Source: a virus
Length of the DNA: 64,000 bases
Reading direction: 5' to 3' (one strand)
Virus record (IMG/VR): IMGVR_UViG_3300022925_000005
Under the pieces are notes generated by a model. That model was not told the DNA's origin. It made no database searches and saw nothing but the letters and a program-made list of their open reading frames with translations. This document shows, one piece after another, positions 10,041 through 17,955 of this stretch. How positions within the stretch are numbered: position 1 is the first letter of the stretch; every line of letters begins with the position of its first letter. The position numbers were made by a program, and so were the translations under genes.

Positions 10041-10328
10041 CACTTTTTGAATTATTTCTATTTTATTTCCCATATCTTGCTCAACTAACTTCCCACCATC
10101 AAATGATGCGAATGTTGGTAAGTTTGATACAGTTGCAAAATTTCTACTATTGGGATATGCTTCTGCGTTTACATATACGAATGTAGTATCTTCGTTTTCT
10201 GATGCCATTCTTTTGAATTTAGGTTTTGTTAATCTACAATTCCCACACCATGGTGCCCCATACATCACCATTACTTTTTTGTTTCCATTTAGGATTTCCC
10301 CTAAGTTATCACTTTCTAATTCTATCAT
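10023..10328 (-). CDS. Thioredoxin (WCGNC type)
   Basis: WCGNC active site, LPTF cis-Pro motif. Confidence 0.85.
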   Translation of the reverse strand: MIELESDNLGEILNGNKKVMVMYGAPWCGNCRLTKPKFKRMASENEDTTFVYVNAEAYPNSRNFATVSNLPTFASFDGGKLVEQDMGNKIEIIQKVFGSIK

Positions 10329-10339
10329 AATTTATTTAT

Positions 10340-12856
10340 TTAAAATGAGAAAAACTTCTCTGCCGTTTTTGTTGATGATAAAACTGCTCCCCAATTCAAT
10401 GCTCCATAGAAATCTTCTAATTTCTTTAGGAGTTCTCTTTCGAAGATTTTATCATAGTTAATATACGTTGTTACTAAGTCCATTATTTCCTTTGGGTCAT
10501 CGTAACCATTTAATGCTACTGCATCCAATCCAAATGGATTTTGTTTTAGATATACCCATTTAATCTTATCACCATCTCTTAGTGGTGCGTAAGTTTTATC
10601 TAAATTCCAATGTTTCAATAATTGATTATAAGCGATTGATGCTTTTACGTGCGCTGGACAACCTGATGGGAATTGGAACATTGCTGTTTGTTCTTTCTTC
10701 TTTGGCATATACTTTGATAAGTTTTTCACAGCCCCAGCTTTAGCAATCTTAACTACATCCATATTTACCAAATCATTTTTGAAATTGTAAATCTTATCAG
10801 TAAGTTGTTCTTCAGTATCACCTCTTAGAATTTCAATAAGTACTTCACTCATAAATTCTCTAAATGCGGCTGGATATGATGAACGTACAACATCCAATCC
10901 CTTTACATCCAACTTATCAACAGCCACACCATTATCTGAGATAATCCATTGTGCGTATCTTTTCTTAGCAATCCAAATACCAGCTTTAGATACGAATTCC
11001 TTCTTAATCTCAAATCGGTGTTTATCAATGTTGAATACTTTCTTAGCCAATATATCATAGAAGTTGTTTAGGTAATCCTGCACTTCACCAGCTATATCAT
11101 TCACAAAACCAGCAATAGTTTCCTGGTCATTATCCTTCCAATTTGGAATACGTTTATCCATTAGAGGTGCCGCTGAAAAGAATACCGAATCCGTATCAAT
11201 ATAGATGTTAGAATCTGCCTCAGGTGTTCCCAACTCCTTATTGTATTTGATGTTAGTCATATCTGCAGTTGATTTAATCACAGTTTGACCTGTTGTTGTT
11301 ACCGCAGTTGCGTTATCCACATCATAGAATCGGAATGCTGGTAATCCCAATACCCCATATAATGAGTTTAGAAGAATCTTTTGTACTAACTGTCTCTTCT
11401 TATAGAATGCGTACTTTTCTTTATCACCTTCCTCACCATACTTCTTTTCCAACTTTCTGAATTCTACCCTTTGTGAGAACCACAAATCCAAAATATCAGG
11501 AATACAACCTGGCGTATCGGTTCTATACATTACACCATTAGATGCGATTGAGTATTTACTTTCATCAAATAACTTTTGTAAGTTATCTCGCTTTATCCAA
11601 TTCTCACCAATTTGATATTCATCAACCTCACCCTTGATGAACTTCTGAGCATCCCAATCCTTAATCTTACCAACTTTGGTTTCAGGCGAAATATTGATAC
11701 TCATAATGATGGATGGGTATAGAGATGTTAAATCCAAATCATAAATCCATTCATACTTTCCAACAATAGGTGCTTTTACATATGCCCCAATGAACTTCTC
11801 TTCATTGTTATCCTTCATAGCCTGCATTCGTTCTCTTCTATCCGCAGGTTTGTTAGGTGCTACGATGTTCTTACGTTTAAGATACGTTAACAATGCCCCT
11901 TCCAAATACTTTGATGAATAAACGAAATCTTCATAAGGAACATGCCCAGCGTGGCAGATACCCCTAGCGGTATCAATGAACTGAAGTTTCTTATCAAAAT
12001 CAACAACCAATTCAACATCCACTAAGTTATACTCAATGAACTTTTCAATATCGGTTGCAAATAAGATATCCAAATTCCCCTCATATTCAATCTTACCTCT
12101 ACCCAATTCTCGTTGAGCAATAGAATCCAATCGATATGAATCTAATTCCGAATAAGTAAAGTTCTTATACAATGAAAGGTAATCCAAATAAGATACACCA
12201 GCCATAAAGTAACGTTTACGATAAGGAGACCAGAAACATTGTCCGATTGGTGATAATCGATTTGCATGACGTTCACCCAACAATCGTTTGATACGATTGT
12301 ATAACATAGGTGTATCGAAATAATCAATGTTCCAGCCAGTTACAATAGTTGGATTAATCATCTCATATAACTCCAAATACTTCATCAACATATCCTCTTC
12401 GGTTCTGAAAGGAAGTACAATTGCCTTATCGGTTTTCTTTTCCAACATTTCACCCTTCTTATCCATAACCAACACCCAATATTGATTGGTTGCTGAATCA
12501 TGTAATGCGATTGATGTTAGTTCGTTTTCTGCTTTCTCTGGGTCAGGTAATCCACTCTCCATCTCACACTCAATATCATATGTAAGTGTAATGTGTCCTT
12601 CTGATGGTAAATCTGAGTCCGTATAAGTATCTACCAAAACTCTCGTAGTTTCAGGTACATCACTTTCGAATAGATTTACATCATCCTTTGTGTACTTATA
12701 AATCTTAGTTACCTTATCACCATACAAAGTGGTATATTCACCATTTGCTGTCTTTTCATAAGCGTATCGAGTATAAGGAAAGGAACGATATCCCAATTTA
12801 TCATCCCAAATGTGAACTAAGTTCTTTTCTCTTTGATAATATGCGTTTTGGTACAT
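10340..12856 (-). CDS. DNA polymerase family B (T4 gp43-like)
   Basis: Exo I DIE, Exo II GWNIDYFD, DLTSLYPS, KILLNSLYG, YIDTDS, KKRY. Confidence 0.97.
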   Translation of the reverse strand: MYQNAYYQREKNLVHIWDDKLGYRSFPYTRYAYEKTANGEYTTLYGDKVTKIYKYTKDDVNLFESDVPETTRVLVDTYTDSDLPSEGHITLTYDIECEMESGLPDPEKAENELTSIALHDSATNQYWVLVMDKKGEMLEKKTDKAIVLPFRTEEDMLMKYLELYEMINPTIVTGWNIDYFDTPMLYNRIKRLLGERHANRLSPIGQCFWSPYRKRYFMAGVSYLDYLSLYKNFTYSELDSYRLDSIAQRELGRGKIEYEGNLDILFATDIEKFIEYNLVDVELVVDFDKKLQFIDTARGICHAGHVPYEDFVYSSKYLEGALLTYLKRKNIVAPNKPADRRERMQAMKDNNEEKFIGAYVKAPIVGKYEWIYDLDLTSLYPSIIMSINISPETKVGKIKDWDAQKFIKGEVDEYQIGENWIKRDNLQKLFDESKYSIASNGVMYRTDTPGCIPDILDLWFSQRVEFRKLEKKYGEEGDKEKYAFYKKRQLVQKILLNSLYGVLGLPAFRFYDVDNATAVTTTGQTVIKSTADMTNIKYNKELGTPEADSNIYIDTDSVFFSAAPLMDKRIPNWKDNDQETIAGFVNDIAGEVQDYLNNFYDILAKKVFNIDKHRFEIKKEFVSKAGIWIAKKRYAQWIISDNGVAVDKLDVKGLDVVRSSYPAAFREFMSEVLIEILRGDTEEQLTDKIYNFKNDLVNMDVVKIAKAGAVKNLSKYMPKKKEQTAMFQFPSGCPAHVKASIAYNQLLKHWNLDKTYAPLRDGDKIKWVYLKQNPFGLDAVALNGYDDPKEIMDLVTTYINYDKIFERELLKKLEDFYGALNWGAVLSSTKTAEKFFSF

Positions 12857-12876
12857 TAAGTCTTTTTTATTTGTTT

Positions 12877-12907
12877 CAAATATACGAAATATATTTGGTT
12901 AATCAAA
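12877..12907 (-). promoter_or_regulatory. Bacteroidota sigma-A type promoter
   Basis: TTTG-N19-TATATTTG upstream of PolB. Confidence 0.8.
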
Positions 12908-14023
12908 GGATTTTCTTGCCATATTTACAAAGTTCTCTTCGATGTTCCAACTCTTTAGTTGATTCTCCCATAGAAGAGCTTCTGCAATGTGAGTTACATC
13001 AGGTCTTTGGATTTCACCATCTAATAACTTTACAACCATTTCTTTAAACTCATCTTTACTATTGTAAAGTAATGGATAATCATCATCCACCATTTCAGAA
13101 TAGCAAAAATCGTTTGGTAATAGATATGGTACACCTCTACTCAAACCATCGGTTGCACTCATACTCCAAGCTGAATAACCTTGGAATGTACCTACTCCAA
13201 AATGAGCCTTAGATAATTGATTTAGATATACATCTCTATCTGAGTGTCCAATGTATTTGGTATAAGGTTTACCCATATCTTTTAGGGATGTGTAAACTTT
13301 GAAATCTTGTCTTTCTTTCCACAATTCATCCATAGTTTCAAAGAACCACTCTGAACCAGTATAAACACCTTCTCTATGATTAAATACAATTGTTTTATCA
13401 TCATATTCACCAGATGGTGTTGCTGAATCACATCCTAAATACCAAGGTTGAATAATCTCTTCTAATTTATCAGTAATATGTGGTTGGAATGTTTCGGATG
13501 CTCTTTTAATAACCAAATCCTTTACCCATTGTGAGTTTACACCACAAACTTTCATTTGTAACATACCCTTTACGTTTCTCCAAAATGAGTTATCATCTCT
13601 AGCTCCATTATCTTTGATTTCCCACCAATGACAGTAACCAATGATTGGTTGCATTTTATTATAGATGCGTGAAATCTTAAACTCATTAGTCCATTCAGGT
13701 AAATGGCTCCAAACTAAGTTGAATTCTCCATTATATTTCTCAATAGTTTTCTCAAAGAATTTATGGGGATAATCTACTCTCATTTTAGCCGGAAAACAAT
13801 CTAGTGGGTCCATTTGTAACATTGTTACATTTGGATATTCAAAGGTATTGATAATACCTGGATGGTTATGCATTCCACCACCTGGATATGGAAGTACCCA
13901 CTCCCACTCTTTACCGATTTGTGTGTTATCTAAAAAGGACTTAAACACCAATAGGAACGAATCCCTATTGATGTCTTTTACTTGTCCAAAGTTTGTGTAA
14001 TTTGGTATAACTAATACTCTCAT
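12899..14023 (-). CDS. GT-B glycosyltransferase, possibly DNA-modifying
   Basis: IVFNHR, WSMSATDG...GVPYLLP GT-B C-terminal domain; directly upstream of PolB and coupled to the DGQHR-HNH gene. Confidence 0.65.
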   Translation of the reverse strand: MRVLVIPNYTNFGQVKDINRDSFLLVFKSFLDNTQIGKEWEWVLPYPGGGMHNHPGIINTFEYPNVTMLQMDPLDCFPAKMRVDYPHKFFEKTIEKYNGEFNLVWSHLPEWTNEFKISRIYNKMQPIIGYCHWWEIKDNGARDDNSFWRNVKGMLQMKVCGVNSQWVKDLVIKRASETFQPHITDKLEEIIQPWYLGCDSATPSGEYDDKTIVFNHREGVYTGSEWFFETMDELWKERQDFKVYTSLKDMGKPYTKYIGHSDRDVYLNQLSKAHFGVGTFQGYSAWSMSATDGLSRGVPYLLPNDFCYSEMVDDDYPLLYNSKDEFKEMVVKLLDGEIQRPDVTHIAEALLWENQLKSWNIEENFVNMARKSFD

Positions 14024-15543
14024 TAATCTATAATTTGTTTATTTGATTTTCTAATATTAGCTCTTTTATTTCTAAGAACTAAATTTTCTTTTGAAGTATC
14101 GTTTCCACCATCTCTAGCTTCTTGATGGTCACCTTCTATTATAGAGTTAGAACCCATTAATTCTTCAAAAGTAAACTCATTACCACTAGCATCCATCCAA
14201 TCATTCTCAATAGCAGCTTCTAACTTATCATTTTTGGTGTAATTTTTAGTATCTACTAACGATACAACACCAGATGCGAATAAGTTATCGTAATCATTAT
14301 TGAATTCCTCAATCATTAGATTACTTCTAAGTTGAATATCATCTGATTTTTTAGCTCCACATTTTCTTTTAAATGATTCTGAATTTGTCATTTTCTTACC
14401 TGTAATGGGTTCAACAACAATATTACCATCACTATCTTTAATATAATAATCGGCTTCTCTTAACTTAGATTCCATTTTCATAAACCAATCCATAAATTTG
14501 TTTAGATTACCAATCTTAACCTTCTTTTGGAAAGAGTTTAGAGGATGTGATGAAGTTTCTAATATTGTAAGTAATATGAATAAGTTATCTAAAAGTGTTC
14601 TTTCAAATTTTACACTTGAAACTGTGTTTGTTAAATCCACTACTTTAGATACTACTTTTGTTGATTTTTTTAATTTTGAAGTAGATTGTCCATCTAATCC
14701 TACCACAGATGATTGTAAATCCAATTGGGATTCTTTTGGCCATTTATAGATATCGTTCTTCAAAACATTATAGTAATAACTAATCCACTCAGAAACCATC
14801 AATGAATCACCCTTCTTTAAAAGTGAATATGCACTTGATAAGTTTTTTGTATTATTGAACATAGCTTCCAACAAAGGATTATCATTCATATAACTCATTA
14901 AAAATCTATTAAATTTAGATGGTACAATGATTCTTCGTTCGTGATTATTCCAAGGTTCACCAATGTTAGTGTAAATCGTTACATCTACCATATCTTGTAG
15001 TGTTGCCTTATTTATCATTACTAATGTTAGTGGAGTTTCCAATACAGAATTTTGAGTCTCTTCAGGCATATCCTTAAACTTAACACCTTTCATATCATAC
15101 GCAATGGGAGTTTTACCATCTCTGTTGATATAATCAATTACATTTTTATCTAACGTAAATTTTGATTTAAGAAAATCCTCATATGTTTTTACTCTATGTT
15201 GACCATCAATGTTTAGATACTTCTTACCTTTTGATTTTAAATCAGATAGATAATCGATAGTTTCCTTTATTGCCGAATATTGTGTATCATCCTCATCATA
15301 ATCTGAGATGATTCCATTACAATAATCTAAACATCCTTCTATACTAATAAGAACTATTGTATAAATGTTAGAATGACCCTCAAAACAAGCTCTCATATGT
15401 TCAGCTTTAGTTTGGTCATCCCATTCGGATAACAATCTTTGAAGTTGGTGTTTATCTACATGAATGTAGGGAAATAATTCTCTGAGTTTGTTTAGAGTTC
15501 CACCCGTTAGAACTTTTGCATCAATTGATTTTTTAAATGCCAT
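14023..15543 (-). CDS. DGQHR/DUF262 (ParB-Srx-like) plus C-terminal HNH nuclease, GmrSD-like architecture
   Basis: Q-R..W, NIDGQHR, N.G motif; C-terminal GDH...GG.....NL......N..KSNK HNH motif. Confidence 0.7.
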   Translation of the reverse strand: MAFKKSIDAKVLTGGTLNKLRELFPYIHVDKHQLQRLLSEWDDQTKAEHMRACFEGHSNIYTIVLISIEGCLDYCNGIISDYDEDDTQYSAIKETIDYLSDLKSKGKKYLNIDGQHRVKTYEDFLKSKFTLDKNVIDYINRDGKTPIAYDMKGVKFKDMPEETQNSVLETPLTLVMINKATLQDMVDVTIYTNIGEPWNNHERRIIVPSKFNRFLMSYMNDNPLLEAMFNNTKNLSSAYSLLKKGDSLMVSEWISYYYNVLKNDIYKWPKESQLDLQSSVVGLDGQSTSKLKKSTKVVSKVVDLTNTVSSVKFERTLLDNLFILLTILETSSHPLNSFQKKVKIGNLNKFMDWFMKMESKLREADYYIKDSDGNIVVEPITGKKMTNSESFKRKCGAKKSDDIQLRSNLMIEEFNNDYDNLFASGVVSLVDTKNYTKNDKLEAAIENDWMDASGNEFTFEELMGSNSIIEGDHQEARDGGNDTSKENLVLRNKRANIRKSNKQIID

Positions 15544-15560
15544 AATATAATAATTTAAAT

Positions 15561-15633
15561 GGTATCGTTGTTGAGGTGATACCTTACCTCATATTTAACA
15601 ATTTTGATATCGTTATAGAGTGATATCAACTCT
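15561..15633 (-). ncRNA. Two tandem H-type pseudoknots in the 5' leader (putative cis-regulatory RNA)
   Basis: mRNA sense: AGAGU-U-GAUAUC-ACUCU-AUAAC-GAUAUC and GAGGU-AA-GGUAUC-ACCUC-AACAAC-GAUACC; both stems differ between copies yet remain fully paired. Confidence 0.55.
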
Positions 15634-15642
15634 TTTACTTTG

Positions 15643-15674
15643 TAAATATAAGAAAAAGATTTGAATATACCAAA
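15643..15674 (-). promoter_or_regulatory. Bacteroidota sigma-A type promoter (variant)
   Basis: TTTG-N20-TATATTTA, overlapping a 13-14 bp inverted repeat; upstream of the pseudoknot leader and DGQHR-HNH gene. Confidence 0.65.
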
Positions 15675-15690
15675 TCTTTTCTTAATTATT

Positions 15691-16494
15691 TTACCAAAAA
15701 TTTATTTCGTTTGATTCTTCTGGTGCGTATGTTGTGTGATGAACAATATCAGTATTATAATCGTTCAAATCTTTTGGATAAGGTCTGATTTCATGCTTTA
15801 ATCTACTCATCAAATCCTTTTTCTCTTTTTTGTTAGTAGCAAGTATCTGAATGTATCGATGTTTAGGTGGTTCTTCTCTTCTCCAAAATTCTTTGTAACC
15901 ATCTTTACCTATTTCCTTTCTAAGGTGTTCCAAATTACCACTTCCCCAATTATTATAAACTGTCCTACTATGAATCCAATCATATGGGTCATTTGATAGT
16001 GAGATACCCCAATTTGGCATCAACGCGATGTCCGTGTTCAAACCTTGATAAATCCAATTGGTAGCTTTGTAAATACCACCAACATGCCCTTGCCCATTAT
16101 TAGCGTAAGATAGAAGTACTTTGATGTTTTTATCGTTATCCTTTAACCATTGGAATGTTTTACCTAAAGCACAACTTTCAATGTTCGAACCATAACCATC
16201 ATCTACATATAAACGAGTAAGTTCTAAGATATTATCCTTAGTTAATCCTTCACAAACTGAAGTAGATGCCTTAGCACCAACTGGGAATCCATATACAGCT
16301 ACACCTACTAATTCTTGGTCATTTCCAAATACATCCTTTTCATCCATCGTATGATATATACCCAAAGCGTACCTACATGCTGTCCAAGCATGAGTGTAGT
16401 GCTTTTTGATAATCATATCCTTAGCGATAGATTTAGCTATTGGTGCTACACTAATTTTAGTGGCATCACAATAATGTTTTCCTTCTTCCTTCAT
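15691..16494 (-). CDS. Mom-like (GNAT-fold) DNA adenine modification protein, paralogue 1
   Basis: HY motif, GVAVYG, LELTRL, SYANN.QGH.G.IYKATNW.YQG, C-terminal KHRY. Confidence 0.8.
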   Translation of the reverse strand: MKEEGKHYCDATKISVAPIAKSIAKDMIIKKHYTHAWTACRYALGIYHTMDEKDVFGNDQELVGVAVYGFPVGAKASTSVCEGLTKDNILELTRLYVDDGYGSNIESCALGKTFQWLKDNDKNIKVLLSYANNGQGHVGGIYKATNWIYQGLNTDIALMPNWGISLSNDPYDWIHSRTVYNNWGSGNLEHLRKEIGKDGYKEFWRREEPPKHRYIQILATNKKEKKDLMSRLKHEIRPYPKDLNDYNTDIVHHTTYAPEESNEINFW

Positions 16495-16499
16495 TTATA

Positions 16500-16658
16500 T
16501 TACTTACACCATTCTTTGAATGCGATTTCATATGCATCCACTTTACTAAGTTTTGGGTTTTCTTTCATTTCTTTGTTAGCCCAATTGATTACTTCATCTC
16601 TCATATTGTGAGCAAATGCCTCCATTAGTATTTCTTCGATGTGGTCCGAGTCAGTCAT
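16500..16658 (-). CDS. Small hypothetical protein (52 aa)
   Basis: Manual translation MTDSDHIEEILMEAFAHNMRDEVINWANKEMKENPKLSKVDAYEIAFKEWCK; directly downstream of a host-type promoter and abuts Mom-like 1. Confidence 0.65.
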   Translation of the reverse strand: MTDSDHIEEILMEAFAHNMRDEVINWANKEMKENPKLSKVDAYEIAFKEWCK

Positions 16659-16680
16659 AATTCAGTTTTTATTTAATATA

Positions 16681-16712
16681 CAAATATACGAAATTAATTT
16701 GAAACCTCCAAA
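16681..16712 (-). promoter_or_regulatory. Bacteroidota sigma-A type promoter
   Basis: TTTG-N20-TATATTTG upstream of the 52-aa ORF and Mom-like 1. Confidence 0.8.
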
Positions 16713-17461
16713 TTTATTGGCTCCATTTTTATAATTTCTTCTACAAATTCTTCGTTTTCTTTTGGGTATGGAAATATTGGATGTTTTATGGTTTTCATCA
16801 ACTTCCTTCTTATACCACCTTTTGCCAATATGTACACATATCTATGTTTTCTTGGATTCTTGCGTATCCAAAATGTGGATGAACTCATCTTTTGAATTTC
16901 ATTTGGATTGTTTGTTCCGAATTTGACATAAGAAGTTCTTTGATGATGCCAATCACCATCTTCTTCCCAACGGAAATCCCAACTATCGTTAAATCTGAGT
17001 TTGTTACCTTGATACAACCAATTCGTTGCTTGGTAAATTGTTCCACAATGTCCCTCTTTAGGGTCTGAGTAAGATATTAATCCCTTTATCTTAGGAGCGT
17101 TTTCTCTTAACCAATCAAAAGTTTGAGATAGGAACCAACTTTCAATATTTGAACCATATCCATCGAATACAAATAATCGAGTAAGTTCTAATACCTCATC
17201 TCTTTCTAATAATGGTGTGATTGATTGTCCAGCACTTCTACCAATTGGGTCTCCATAACAAGCTACACCAATTAGTTTATCTTCAACACCACTAAAGAAT
17301 GGATGCTCTTCTACTTCGGAGGTAAATAAACCAATAGCGTAGGATACCTTTGTCCACAATCCACTATAATGGTTGTTTACAATGATATCCTTCGCTACCG
17401 ATTTCGTTATGAGTCTTATCGATAGTTTTGAAGTATCGCAATATGTTTTGTTTTCTTTCAT
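16694..17461 (-). CDS. Mom-like (GNAT-fold) DNA adenine modification protein, paralogue 2
   Basis: NHYSG, GVACYG, LELTRL, SYSDP.EGH.G.IYQATNW.YQG, KHRY. Confidence 0.82.
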   Translation of the reverse strand: MKENKTYCDTSKLSIRLITKSVAKDIIVNNHYSGLWTKVSYAIGLFTSEVEEHPFFSGVEDKLIGVACYGDPIGRSAGQSITPLLERDEVLELTRLFVFDGYGSNIESWFLSQTFDWLRENAPKIKGLISYSDPKEGHCGTIYQATNWLYQGNKLRFNDSWDFRWEEDGDWHHQRTSYVKFGTNNPNEIQKMSSSTFWIRKNPRKHRYVYILAKGGIRRKLMKTIKHPIFPYPKENEEFVEEIIKMEPINLEVSN

Positions 17462-17661
17462 AAACTACCAGACCAAAATTCGTTCAAATGTGTCCAAGTT
17501 TCATTTCGAACAATTCTTAGAATATTGGCTGAAGAACACTTATTGTTTCGAGCCATAACTCTCACATTTCGGTGTCCCATTTTCCATAACTTTCTTATTT
17601 GTATAACCTGCTCATCTGTCAACTTTGAAGATGGATGAGACTGACCTCTTAGTATTGGCAT
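17458..17661 (-). CDS. Stand-alone HTH protein (resembles the DNA-binding tail of HNH homing endonucleases)
   Basis: G.SHP.SKLT.EQV..IR...., MAR...CS...I.RI.R..TW.H pattern; no nuclease domain. Confidence 0.65.
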   Translation of the reverse strand: MPILRGQSHPSSKLTDEQVIQIRKLWKMGHRNVRVMARNNKCSSANILRIVRNETWTHLNEFWSGSL

Positions 17662-17931
17662 TTAACTTGCTTTTTTTAACTCATTGATTACATTATTATA
17701 TGCCAACTCTGATTGTAACCCTGATAATCGTTGGATTTCTTTACCATTTTGTTCTATAACAACTAATGGAATACTACGAACTCCATACTTTGCAGCTTCT
17801 TCAAAATCTTTATCTACATCAAAGTCAGAAAAGGTAACATCAGTATGTTCGTTTTTTAACTTATTGATTGTTGGTGTCAATGCTTTACAAGGTCCACACC
17901 AAGTTCCATAAAATTTCTTTACTTCTATCAT
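17662..17931 (-). CDS. Thioredoxin
   Basis: WCGPC active site; immediately downstream of nrdA. Confidence 0.92.
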   Translation of the reverse strand: MIEVKKFYGTWCGPCKALTPTINKLKNEHTDVTFSDFDVDKDFEEAAKYGVRSIPLVVIEQNGKEIQRLSGLQSELAYNNVINELKKAS

Positions 17932-17955
17932 AATTGTTTTATTTAATTGTTTACT

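Noticed and set aside
15606-15633. preQ1-I riboswitch (AGAG...CUCUAUAA resemblance)
   Set aside because: Lacks the typical loop consensus and long A-tract; S2 is a full 6-bp helix; no queuosine genes are adjacent. Kept only as an unclassified pseudoknot.
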